This document shows positions 18,235 through 26,239 of a DNA stretch of 32,000 bases, piece after piece. The translations under genes and the position numbers were made by a program. The first letter of the stretch is position 1. Each line of letters begins with the position of its first letter. The DNA comes from Pyrodictium abyssi (GTDB lineage: Archaea > Thermoproteota > Thermoprotei_A > Sulfolobales > Pyrodictiaceae). The stretch is from contig NZ_AP028907.1 in assembly GCF_036323395.1 (NCBI RefSeq), forward strand, positions 1,020,001 to 1,052,000, written 5' to 3'. Under the pieces are notes generated by a model. That model did no database searches. It was given only the letters and a program-made list of their open reading frames with translations, and was not told the DNA's origin.

Positions 18235-19686
18235 ATGGGGAACGTGTGTACGCGTGGTGGTCTAGGCTTGGCGGTGCCCGAGTCTAGGGTCATACGTGAG
18301 TACGAGAATATCCGCGAGATACGCGGCCCCCTAGTAATAGTCGAGGGTATAAGCGACGCGGCCTACGACGAGATAGTAGAAGTGGAGCTCCCCAACGGCG
18401 AGAAGCGCCGTGGCCGTGTACTGGAGACGGCTAGGGGCTATGCTGTAGTCCAGGTGTTCGAGGGCACAACCGGGATAACAGCAGTGGGCACCAAGGTGCG
18501 CTTCCTCGCTAGGACCCTCGAGGTAAAGGTATCCGACGAGATGCTAGGTAGAGTGTTCAACGGCCTAGGGGACCCGATAGACGGCGGCCCACCGATAACA
18601 AGCGGCGTATGGCGCGACATTAACGGCGACCCCCTGAACCCCGCTACACGTGCCTACCCCGAGGACTTCATCCAGACCGGTGTCTCCGCCATAGACGGTA
18701 TGAACACTATGGTGCGTGGCCAGAAGCTGCCGATTTTCAGCGGCGCTGGCCTACCCCACAACAAGCTCGCCGTGCAGATAGCCCGCCAGGCGACCGTGCG
18801 TAGCGGCGAGGAGTTCGCAGTAGTCTTCGCGGCTATAGGCGTGATGCACGACGACGCGCTGTTCTTCAAGAAGTTCTTCGAGGAGACCGGCGCCATCAAG
18901 AGGGCAGCGCTCTTCATAAACCTAGCAGACGAGCCGGCATCGGTGCGTCTAATCACGCCACGTATAGCTCTAACCCTCGCCGAGCACCTAGCCTTCGACC
19001 TAGGCATGCACGTGCTAGTCATACTGACCGACATGACCAACTACGCTGAGGCTCTCCGCGAGATAAGCGCGGCACGCGAAGAGGTGCCGGGCCGCCAGGG
19101 CTACCCTGGCTACATGTATAGCGATCTTGCGAGTATCTACGAGCGTGCTGGCCGCGCCCACGGCCGCAAGGGCAGTATTACCCAGATGCCTATACTCACG
19201 ATGCCTAACGATGATATCACGCACCCGATTCCGGACTTGACTGGCTACATTACTGAGGGCCAGATTGTGCTTAGCCGTGAGCTACACAACCGCGGCATCT
19301 ACCCGCCGATAAACGTGCTAATGAGCCTCTCAAGGCTGATGAAGGAAGGCATCGGACCCGGGAAGACACGCGAGGACCACGCCAACGTCTCGGACCAGCT
19401 GTACGCTGCCTACAGCCGCGCGGTCGAGCTAAGGAGCCTAGCAGCCATCGTGGGCGAGGAGAGCCTAAGCGACGTAGACCGCAAGTACCTGCGGTTCGCC
19501 GAGGCCTTCGAGCAGCGCTTCATAAGGCAGGGCTTCTACGAGAACCGCAGCATAGAGGAGACCCTCGACATTGCCTGGGAGGTACTATCAATACTACCGG
19601 AGAGCGAGCTGTACAGGATAAAGGACGAGTTCATACGCAAGTACCACCCCAAGTACCGCAAGAAGGCCTCCGAGGAGAAGAGCTAA
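18235..19686 (+). CDS. atpB: A-type ATP synthase subunit B
   Basis: [70 protein letters not shown] and [17 protein letters not shown] fit subunit B. The start is ambiguous (ATG 18235, TTG 18265 or GTG 18274). Confidence 0.95.
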   Translation: MGNVCTRGGLGLAVPESRVIREYENIREIRGPLVIVEGISDAAYDEIVEVELPNGEKRRGRVLETARGYAVVQVFEGTTGITAVGTKVRFLARTLEVKVSDEMLGRVFNGLGDPIDGGPPITSGVWRDINGDPLNPATRAYPEDFIQTGVSAIDGMNTMVRGQKLPIFSGAGLPHNKLAVQIARQATVRSGEEFAVVFAAIGVMHDDALFFKKFFEETGAIKRAALFINLADEPASVRLITPRIALTLAEHLAFDLGMHVLVILTDMTNYAEALREISAAREEVPGRQGYPGYMYSDLASIYERAGRAHGRKGSITQMPILTMPNDDITHPIPDLTGYITEGQIVLSRELHNRGIYPPINVLMSLSRLMKEGIGPGKTREDHANVSDQLYAAYSRAVELRSLAAIVGEESLSDVDRKYLRFAEAFEQRFIRQGFYENRSIEETLDIAWEVLSILPESELYRIKDEFIRKYHPKYRKKASEEKS

Positions 19687-19779
19687 GCCCCCGTCACGGG
19701 CCAGCCCCGCTCCAACCCCCATTCTTTCTCAGTACCCGTCGGCACCCCTTCCAGGACGGTAGAGGTGGTGTAGCAGACC

Positions 19780-20445
19780 TTGGTCTCAACGTTCGGCGGT
19801 GGCTCAAGAGTACTACCAACAAAGATCAACCTCATCCGGCTACGCCGCGAACTACGCAATATGAAGAGGATAAGGAAGGTCATCGAGGAGAAGAGAGACG
19901 TCATACTACTCTACATAAGGCAGCTCGGAGACGAGTACCAGCAAGAGTACAGCAAGGTCGCGGAGACCCTAGCCGAGGCCTACCGCAACTTCTTCGTAGC
20001 ACTCATGTCCAGCGGCGGCCTCGAGAACGCTAAGCCTGTGCTAGAGGCTATGCCCACGAGCCTACAGGTGGACGTCACCACGCGCGTGCTCTTCGCCGTG
20101 AAGACCCCCGCTTACAGCCTACGCGAGGACACGATCCCGGACATGCCTGTGTCCGCGGTCCGGCTGTCCCCGACGCTGCTGCAGGCCCGTGAGAGGCTCC
20201 TCGAGGCCATGAAGAGCCTACTACGCGTAGTCGAGGCTGAGGCGGCCATAGAGAGGCTCCTCGAGGAGCTCAGGGACACCCAGAGGCTGCTAAACGCCCT
20301 AGACTACAACATAATACCTGGATACGAGAACAGCATCAAGTACATAAGGCTGGTGCTCGACGACCGGATGAGGGAGGAGGTAATAAGGCTCAAGACGCTG
20401 AAGAGGAGGCTCGCCAAGATCCGTGGCGGCGAGGGCCTCGCCTAG
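19780..20445 (+). CDS. atpD: A-type ATP synthase central-stalk subunit D
   Basis: 221 aa. LPTKINLIRLRRELRNMKR...IEEKRDVIL and the C-terminal helical region fit subunit D. TTG start. Confidence 0.85.
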   Translation: MVSTFGGGSRVLPTKINLIRLRRELRNMKRIRKVIEEKRDVILLYIRQLGDEYQQEYSKVAETLAEAYRNFFVALMSSGGLENAKPVLEAMPTSLQVDVTTRVLFAVKTPAYSLREDTIPDMPVSAVRLSPTLLQARERLLEAMKSLLRVVEAEAAIERLLEELRDTQRLLNALDYNIIPGYENSIKYIRLVLDDRMREEVIRLKTLKRRLAKIRGGEGLA

Positions 20446-21284
20446 GCCTTTTCCACCCGAAGGCCCCTCTTCTCCGCGAACCCGCGTACCAGGTTCTTCA
20501 CCCTGGAGGGCACCTTCGAGAACAGTACGGCGTCTACCGGGTCCCGGCTCTTCTCCACCGCCTGGGCTAGCAGCTCCTCGTCGAGGCTGTCCAGCACGTG
20601 CTTCGAGAATATGTGGGTGTAGCAGACGCCCTTCTCGAGCACAGCCCTAGTGTGCTTGGCGGGATAGTGCGTGTCACCGACCCCTATGGCTACAGTGCTG
20701 CAGGGCTCGTCTAGCCAGCCGCGGCTCAGCACATTGTAGACGGTCTGCGCGAGGGCCTGGTGCGCGTCGCCGCGCTTCCACTCGTTCTCGCTGCTGCCGA
20801 TCTCGATGAATACTACCGGCCGGGCTAGGCTGGTTGGGCCGTGGTGCGTAGCTTCGAGGCTTAGGCCGAACTCCTCTAGGAGCCCGGCCTCCTCGGCTAC
20901 CCTCCTGTACTCGCGGAGCAGCGCGGCCATGAGCCGGGGCCATGTGTGGGAGAGTTCGCGGGGCCTCCCTCCGTATGGGGCCTCGGGCCCAGGGTTCCCC
21001 GTGTAGTGCACGGTGAGCGTGGGCTTGCCCCCGCTATGGCGGCTCAGCACTATGTAGGCAGACGTGTCCCCGGGCGCTGCCTCGTCCAGGAAGTCGAAGT
21101 ATATCGTGTCCTCCCTGAAGCTGGCCAGGTAGGCCCGGAGCCTGGGCTCGTACACGCAGGAGACCGCCCTGGGTAGGCTGCACTTCTCCCAGGCCGCCAG
21201 CTCGGCGAGCGCCTTGGCCGCGCCGCTCCCGGCGGGGTCGGCGAGCGAGTACGCGATTAATACAGATCCCTGCCGTGTTGCCAT
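20442..21284 (-). CDS. dtdA: D-aminoacyl-tRNA deacylase, archaeal type (DtdA/DTD2)
   Basis: SLADPAGSG near the N-terminus, SLEATHHGPT and VAIGVGDTHYPAKHT fit the family. The start is ATG 21284, with an alternative GTG at 21299. Its stop shares the tetranucleotide CTAG with the atpD stop. Confidence 0.8.
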   Translation of the reverse strand: MATRQGSVLIAYSLADPAGSGAAKALAELAAWEKCSLPRAVSCVYEPRLRAYLASFREDTIYFDFLDEAAPGDTSAYIVLSRHSGGKPTLTVHYTGNPGPEAPYGGRPRELSHTWPRLMAALLREYRRVAEEAGLLEEFGLSLEATHHGPTSLARPVVFIEIGSSENEWKRGDAHQALAQTVYNVLSRGWLDEPCSTVAIGVGDTHYPAKHTRAVLEKGVCYTHIFSKHVLDSLDEELLAQAVEKSRDPVDAVLFSKVPSRVKNLVRGFAEKRGLRVEKA

Positions 21285-21365
21285 GTCCAGGCCACCCACT
21301 GGGGGTTTGCAAGGCCGCCGGTATAGACTATAATACCTAGTCGATGGCCGCTGATGCTGGTAATC

Positions 21366-21372
21366 TTTTTAT
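21366..21372 (+). promoter_or_regulatory. TATA box candidate (TTTTTAT) for atpK
   Basis: It lies 28-34 nt upstream of GTG 21400. This is compatible with a leaderless or short-leader atpK mRNA. Confidence 0.45.
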
Positions 21373-21399
21373 CTTTGGCCGCACGCACACGCTCAACCG

Positions 21400-21717
21400 G
21401 TGCAAACAATGAGGATTAGGCTCGGCCTCCTACCGGCTCTCGCCGTAATAGCGCTACTAGCACTAGCTCCGGTCGCTAGCGCCCAGGAGCCTGGCGCAGC
21501 TGCGGCCACCAGCGCAAAGGCCTATGGCGCCGCCATAGCTATGGGCTTGAGCGCTATTGGCGCTGGCTTCGCTATTGCTAGGGCTGGTGCAGCCGCGAGC
21601 GCTGCTGCAGCCGAGAGGCCTGAGGTCGCTGGTAGGCTGCTAATCTACCTAGTGCTCGGCGAGGGTATCGCCATCTACGGCCTGCTAGTAGCTATACTCG
21701 TCATCTTCGCCCTGTAA
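21400..21717 (+). CDS. atpK: A-type ATP synthase proteolipid subunit K (c subunit) with a signal-peptide-like N-terminal extension
   Basis: The Gly/Ala-rich helical hairpin ends in LVLGEGIAIYGLLVAILV (ion-binding Glu). The N-terminus RLGLLPALAVIALLALAPVASAQEP resembles a cleavable leader or a third TM. The start is GTG 21400 or ATG 21409. Confidence 0.8.
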   Translation: MQTMRIRLGLLPALAVIALLALAPVASAQEPGAAAATSAKAYGAAIAMGLSAIGAGFAIARAGAAASAAAAERPEVAGRLLIYLVLGEGIAIYGLLVAILVIFAL

Positions 21718-21753
21718 GGATGGGCACGCCGATCCTGGAGCATGCTGAGACTC

Positions 21754-21759
21754 TTTTTT
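21754..21759 (+). terminator. T6 tract about 37 nt after the atpK stop
   Basis: gagactcTTTTTTggcc. Confidence 0.5.
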
Positions 21760-21873
21760 GGCCCCAGAGGAAACCTTTGATAGGCCATCGGCTTGCCGCT
21801 GCAGCGCCTTTAAGACGGGACTCGCCCGCGTGTAGTGTAGCTGTGCTTGCTTCCTGTCTTGCGGGCGCACTCC

Positions 21874-21895
21874 TCTCGAACAAGTCTCGAACAAG
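21874..21895 (+). repeat. perfect tandem duplication of the 11-mer TCTCGAACAAG
   Basis: Copies at 21874-21884 and 21885-21895 are identical. They lie in the atpK-proS spacer, about 45 nt upstream of the proS TATA candidate. Confidence 0.85.
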
Positions 21896-21935
21896 CAGTG
21901 AATGGGGCCATACGCTTGGCTGTGTTATCCTATTC

Positions 21936-21944
21936 CTATTAAAA
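21936..21944 (+). promoter_or_regulatory. TATA box candidate (CTATTAAAA) for proS
   Basis: It lies 31-39 nt upstream of GTG 21975. Confidence 0.5.
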
Positions 21945-21974
21945 CTCAGACCCCGGCATAGGGGCTGTTAGGAG

Positions 21975-23435
21975 GTGCTGGGGTTGCCGGCTGAGAGGCG
22001 GCGATGGAGCCAGGAGTTCTCGCGCTGGTTCGACTGGGTGCTAGAGGAGGCCGGGATTTACGACTATGGCCGCTACCCGGTCAAGGGTATGGGCGTCTGG
22101 ATGCCCTACGGTTTCCAGATAAGGCGCCGTGTGGTAGAGCTTATCCGCCGCGTCCTCGACGAGGCGGGGCACGAGGAGGTACTCTTCCCCCTGCTTATAC
22201 CCGAGACTCTTCTCCGCAAGGAGAGTGAGCACATACGCGGCTTCGAGGGAGAGGTCTACTGGGTGACGCATGGCGGCACTGAGCCGCTCGACGTTAAGCT
22301 GGCCCTGCGCCCGACGAGCGAGACGAGCATAACCTACATGGAGAGCTTCTGGATAAAGAGCTACAAGCAGCTCCCCCGGAAGTTCTACCAGATAGTAAGC
22401 ATATTCCGCTACGAGACCAAGGCCACCCGTCCGCTGATAAGGCTCCGCGAGGTAACAACGTTCAAGGAGGCTCACACGGTCCACGCGGACTTCGAGGACG
22501 CCGACCGCCAGGTGGCCGAGGCTATCGAGCTCTACAAGCGGATATTCGACGAGCTGGGCATACCCTACGTGATAAGCAGGAGGCCCGAGTGGGACAAGTT
22601 CGCCGGCGCAGTCTACACGGTAGCCTTCGACACAGTCATGCCTGACGGCCGTACGCTCCAGATAGGTACTGCTCACCACCTGGGCCAGAACTTCACGATA
22701 CCCTTCGAGGTCCGGATACAGCTCCCCGACGAGAGCCTCGACTACGCCTGGCAGACGAGCTACGGTCTAAGCGACCGCGTAGTAGCCACGGTCATAGCGA
22801 TACACGGCGACGACCGCGGAGCCGTGCTACCCCCCATAGTCGCGCCTATCCAGGTGGTGGTTGTCCCGATACCCGCCCGGGACGAGGAGCAGCGGAAGAG
22901 GCTCCAGGAGTACATAGGCGAGATAGAGGAGCGGCTCCGCCGCCTAGGCGTACGCTACCGCATCGACGACCGGGACGACGTGAGGCCTGGCAGGAAGTTC
23001 TACGAGTGGGAGGCCCGCGGCGTCCCCGTGAGGATAGAGGCTGGGCCACGGGAGGCCGAGAACCGCACCCTGGTCCTGGCGAGACGCGACACACTCGAGA
23101 AGACAACCATAGGCATAGACGAGCTAGAGGAGAAGCTACCCAGGCTCTTCGAGGACATAGCCCGGAGCCTCCGCGAGCGCGCCTGGAGCTGGCTCCGCAG
23201 CAAGGTGAAGCGCGTCGACACCGTCGAGGAGGCCCGCCGCGTCATAGAGCAGGAGAGGGGCATAGTAGAGCTGCCGTGGTGCGGCAGCGAGGCGTGCGGC
23301 CTCAGGCTGGAAGAAGAGGTGGACGCGGGCGTCCTCGGCTCGCCGCTCGAGAGGCCCGAGTGGGTTAGGGGCAAACAGTGCCCCGTATGCGGCCAGCCTG
23401 CTGTGACGAGTATAAGGCTCGCGAAGAAATACTAG
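21975..23435 (+). CDS. proS: prolyl-tRNA synthetase, archaeal/eukaryotic type
   Basis: 486 aa with class II motifs ([27 protein letters not shown]; [19 protein letters not shown]). It has an anticodon-binding domain and a C-terminal zinc domain (CGSEACG...CPVCG) ending in Tyr. Confidence 0.95.
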   Translation: MLGLPAERRRWSQEFSRWFDWVLEEAGIYDYGRYPVKGMGVWMPYGFQIRRRVVELIRRVLDEAGHEEVLFPLLIPETLLRKESEHIRGFEGEVYWVTHGGTEPLDVKLALRPTSETSITYMESFWIKSYKQLPRKFYQIVSIFRYETKATRPLIRLREVTTFKEAHTVHADFEDADRQVAEAIELYKRIFDELGIPYVISRRPEWDKFAGAVYTVAFDTVMPDGRTLQIGTAHHLGQNFTIPFEVRIQLPDESLDYAWQTSYGLSDRVVATVIAIHGDDRGAVLPPIVAPIQVVVVPIPARDEEQRKRLQEYIGEIEERLRRLGVRYRIDDRDDVRPGRKFYEWEARGVPVRIEAGPREAENRTLVLARRDTLEKTTIGIDELEEKLPRLFEDIARSLRERAWSWLRSKVKRVDTVEEARRVIEQERGIVELPWCGSEACGLRLEEEVDAGVLGSPLERPEWVRGKQCPVCGQPAVTSIRLAKKY

Positions 23436-23589
23436 CACCGCCGGTCTCGAGGTAGAGGCGGAGAGCCTTTTCCAGCACCCGGCCCAGGTCCCCGTGCCCC
23501 TCCCTCCTCGCGGCTCTCTCCAGCGCCTCCGCCTCCTCGTCGCTCAGCGCGACCGCTACCAGGACCTTTGCCACTGCTCCCCTCCCCAC
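23365..23589 (-). CDS. ribbon-helix-helix (CopG/Arc-like) small DNA-binding protein
   Basis: [41 protein letters not shown] fits a beta-strand/helix/helix RHH layout. GTG start at 23589 or 23574. The 3' tail overlaps the proS 3' end by 71 nt in convergent orientation. Confidence 0.5.
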   Translation of the reverse strand: MGRGAVAKVLVAVALSDEEAEALERAARREGHGDLGRVLEKALRLYLETGGASISSRALYSSQQAGRIRGTVCP

Positions 23590-23865
23590 ACGTTGTAGAG
23601 GGTATGGTGCTACCTTTAGAAACTGGTAGCCTCACAGCCTGACAGGCATCCAGGAGGCTCCAGGAAATAGCATAGTAACACCAGAGCAGTACCCCATGAG
23701 GCTGCACCGCAAGGGCCCAGCCCCTGCGTGCAGCGGTCATGTCTCAACCGGGCTAGGCTTCACAGCTACTCCCCCGAGGCCGCATAGCCAGCAATGCGGA
23801 TGAGACATGTAGATATGTCCGGGCCTCCGTAGCCTACCCCCGGACACCGCCCAAGGGTACACCCT

Positions 23866-23994
23866 ATGAGCAAACATGGCGAGACGGGACGGCGGCCAGC
23901 TATAGCAGCACCCTTTGCCGTACTACTAGCCCTACTGGTATCCATCAACGCGGAGCTTGTCTACCAGGACGCGGCGGCAACGTTACCGTTATAA
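23866..23994 (+). CDS. 42-codon ORF encoding only a signal-peptide-like sequence (possible detached 5' end of the following gene)
   Basis: ATG 23866 gives MSKHGETGRRPAIAAPFAVLLALLVSINAELVYQDAAATLPL*. It has a basic RR n-region, a hydrophobic core and an xNA/E cleavage-like site. It ends 6 nt before the 472-aa ORF, which is in the -1 frame. Confidence 0.35.
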   Translation: MSKHGETGRRPAIAAPFAVLLALLVSINAELVYQDAAATLPL

Positions 23995-23997
23995 ATA
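23989..23997 (+). promoter_or_regulatory. TATA-like element TTATAAATA immediately before the 472-aa ORF
   Basis: If it is functional, transcription would start near 24020 and translation at ATG 24030. This is the competing explanation to the frameshift model. Confidence 0.3.
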
Positions 23998-23999
23998 CG

Positions 24000-25418
24000 G
24001 TGGCGCGGCACAGCCAACAGCTGCTCACGATGGAGGTGTACGATGAGTATGGCCAGCCAGTGAGGTTCCATGCCCTAGTCGCTTTACCCACCGTTGACGG
24101 CGGTGTGGTGACGAAGCACGTTCAGGGATATGCGGCTGCTTCGGTGTCACTCAACGACTACGCCGGAGAGATAACCAGGCTTCTAGACCGGGGTGACGTG
24201 TCGGGCAAGCACCTTCAAGAGGTGGGATTACTAGTACTGCTAGCGGCTACTAGGCGTGTAGACGGCGAGCCAGTGGTAGCTGTGGATGCATTTTCCGTTC
24301 CTCTAAGCCCGGATATGCTTGAGCCTGGCCACGTAATCAGAGTGGTGCACCGCTTTATCCCGAAAGCGGTGGTTAGGCTGACAGAGGAGAACTCTGAGCC
24401 CCTAGCAATGCTGGATACAGCATGCGTAGCAGGAGCCCCTACCACGTGCTACTGGTGGAGGCCTAGAGGCGTTCTCTACTACTCTAGCGAGCCGGTATGC
24501 ATACCGCTAGCTATAGTGGATGTAGCGCCTAGCAACGGCCTAGACTCGCCCGCACAGAGGATTGAGGGTATACTTGTTCTAACTCATATCTTCTTCCACA
24601 AGGGTATGCCACGGATAGACGCTGTAGCGGACCTTACACAGCTAGGCGGCGCTACAGTACTCGGTCCGTCACATGTTATTGTACCTAAGGGAAACAGTGC
24701 AGACGTTCACTCGACTCGGTCATTCGTCGAAGCTCAGTGTGGCATATACAACGTGCTCGTGTCTATACCTGGCTCGTTATGCAGTGTCGAATTCTACGGG
24801 CCTCGTAAGATACGCTGGCACGTACCTGTGCCCGACTTCAACTTCTCAGCCTACGTGTCAGTAGGCCTTGAAGGAAGAATTTGGGTCACTAGGTACACCC
24901 TCGAAGCCAGGGAATGCAGCGGCATGGTATGCAGTAATAAAAGCCTAGGAGACGTATACATCGTACACGCGGTTCTCACGGATAGCAACGGGGCTCCGAA
25001 GATATGCGTAGAGGTACAGGATGACTACAACGACGAAGACGGCGTGTTAGCGAAGCTCGTAAAGCACCTCAGAAACAGGACAAAGCCTCTAATAGTGTTT
25101 CGCGGGGATTACAGCTCACACGTATTCGACTACTACAATGACCTACTAGCTCGTGTAGCTCCAGGGGCTCCCGTCACGGGTGATGGAATAGGCCTGCACC
25201 AGGTGCTGACGCCAATAGGGTCCCTGGCGGCAGCTCTCAGCTGTATAGACTACAACGTAACATCGACAATAGTCAGTGGTATATCTATCAGTATTCTAGT
25301 TTATGTTGACACGTCGAGGTATAGTGCAATGATGTTTAATAGCGAGGTTGCTGTGGACGAGGTAGTGCTACCCTCGGGCAGAATAGCTAGGGCGCCTGTA
25401 ATGCTTCTAAGACCGTGA
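24000..25418 (+). CDS. hypothetical Cys-rich protein, no recognisable family (orphan; likely extracellular if joined to the upstream leader)
   Basis: This is the only long ORF in the region. Codons are noticeably A/T-richer than in the neighbours. It has many Cys, several N-x-S/T sequons (NVT, NRT, NKS) and a beta-rich composition. The start is GTG 24000 or ATG 24030, and the frame is open upstream to 23757 without a start codon. Confidence 0.7.
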   Translation: MARHSQQLLTMEVYDEYGQPVRFHALVALPTVDGGVVTKHVQGYAAASVSLNDYAGEITRLLDRGDVSGKHLQEVGLLVLLAATRRVDGEPVVAVDAFSVPLSPDMLEPGHVIRVVHRFIPKAVVRLTEENSEPLAMLDTACVAGAPTTCYWWRPRGVLYYSSEPVCIPLAIVDVAPSNGLDSPAQRIEGILVLTHIFFHKGMPRIDAVADLTQLGGATVLGPSHVIVPKGNSADVHSTRSFVEAQCGIYNVLVSIPGSLCSVEFYGPRKIRWHVPVPDFNFSAYVSVGLEGRIWVTRYTLEARECSGMVCSNKSLGDVYIVHAVLTDSNGAPKICVEVQDDYNDEDGVLAKLVKHLRNRTKPLIVFRGDYSSHVFDYYNDLLARVAPGAPVTGDGIGLHQVLTPIGSLAAALSCIDYNVTSTIVSGISISILVYVDTSRYSAMMFNSEVAVDEVVLPSGRIARAPVMLLRP

Positions 25419-25461
25419 CGTGGCCTACCCATTGTGCTTCAGCGGCCTGGCTCAGCCCATC

Positions 25462-25479
25462 GGCCCCGAGGGCGGGGCC
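25462..25479. terminator. GC hairpin (7-bp stem GGCCCCG/CGGGGCC, loop AGGG) between convergent genes
   Basis: It lies between the stop of the 472-aa ORF (25418) and the MNT stop (25491). It is followed by GCTTTTA on the plus strand. Confidence 0.4.
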
Positions 25480-25490
25480 TATGGCCGCTT

Positions 25491-25910
25491 TTAACCATCA
25501 TCATCTGGATATAGTTGGATCCAGTACTTAGAGGCGTCTTGTAGCACTATGCTCTTCTGTAGCAGTTTTTTCAGCTCTTCCGGGGTTGATGGGACAAATG
25601 TAGCGTCGCGACGGCCTCTCCAGAGCCTATAGAGAAGCCGGAGCCTTTCCTCGATGCGTAGTTGGCTCCAGTCTCTGGACACTATTACGAGATCGACGTC
25701 GCTATCCTCGGTGTAGTCGCCACGAGCAATGCTGCCAAATAGGAGCACTTTCTCCACCTTCACGCTGTAGGCTTCTAGGTCTTTTACGAGGCGCTTGACA
25801 TCCCTAGAGACCTCTTCTAAGAGCTTCTTCCAGTGCTTTCTTCGCTGCCTCAACAACTCTTCTAGCGGTAGCCACTGCACGTTCCGCTGAGGCACGGCTA
25901 ATCGAGTCAT
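25491..25910 (-). CDS. minimal nucleotidyltransferase (MNT) of a HEPN-MNT toxin-antitoxin pair
   Basis: The LLFGSIARGDYTEDSDVDLVIV motif (GSxxRG...DxD) is present. ATG 25910 gives a 107-nt overlap with the HEPN gene. The latest plausible start (TTG about 25853) still overlaps it by about 50 nt. Confidence 0.85.
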   Translation of the reverse strand: MTRLAVPQRNVQWLPLEELLRQRRKHWKKLLEEVSRDVKRLVKDLEAYSVKVEKVLLFGSIARGDYTEDSDVDLVIVSRDWSQLRIEERLRLLYRLWRGRRDATFVPSTPEELKKLLQKSIVLQDASKYWIQLYPDDDG

Positions 25911-26217
25911 CGGGGAGCCCCTCCGTTATATCGGGGTAGCGTGCCAGGTGATAGTACTGTGTGAGTTCGTATGCCTCTTCAAGCTCCTCCTGGCCCAGGC
26001 CTAGGTTGCTGCCTAGCTCCTCAAATAGCCTTCTTATGCTGTGTGTCTTCGGGAACCAGCCCTTTACGGCGAGCAGTACAGCCTTTAGGGCCTTCTCTGC
26101 TGCCTGCTGGGACCAGAATACGGCGGCGCCTCGGTCACCATCCCGTAGGCTCTTCTCGGCGCGCCATAGGTCCTTTTCAGCGACTTTTATCCACCACCAC
26201 GCCTCTTCTCGGACCAC
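25804..26217 (-). CDS. HEPN-domain protein (PF05168-like) of a HEPN-MNT pair
   Basis: WIKVAEKDLWRAEKSL, FWSQQAAEKALKAVLL, KTHSIRRLFEEL and YYHLARYPD fit HEPN. I prefer GTG 26217, which gives the family-typical short N-terminus. The longest ORF starts at TTG 26268. Confidence 0.8.
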   Translation of the reverse strand: MVREEAWWWIKVAEKDLWRAEKSLRDGDRGAAVFWSQQAAEKALKAVLLAVKGWFPKTHSIRRLFEELGSNLGLGQEELEEAYELTQYYHLARYPDITEGLPDDSISRASAERAVATARRVVEAAKKALEEALRRGL

Positions 26218-26239
26218 GAGCGCCCCCGAGGGGTGTACA

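Noticed and set aside
22041-22679. 212-aa ORF antisense to proS
   Set aside because: It is exactly antisense to a well-supported class II aaRS gene. The Leu/Val/Tyr/Glu-rich pattern is the usual mirror image of the sense codon bias. No motifs were found.
23432-23740. 102-aa minus-strand ORF overlapping the RHH gene in another frame
   Set aside because: It has a Gly/Arg/Glu low-complexity C-terminal half and no motifs. The RHH frame gives a recognisable fold pattern.
25961-26239. N-terminal 93 codons of the 306-aa methyltransferase ORF
   Set aside because: This part is antisense to the HEPN gene and Ser/Pro-rich. Methyltransferase homology begins after GTG 26240, which has a GAGGGG ribosome-binding-like site.
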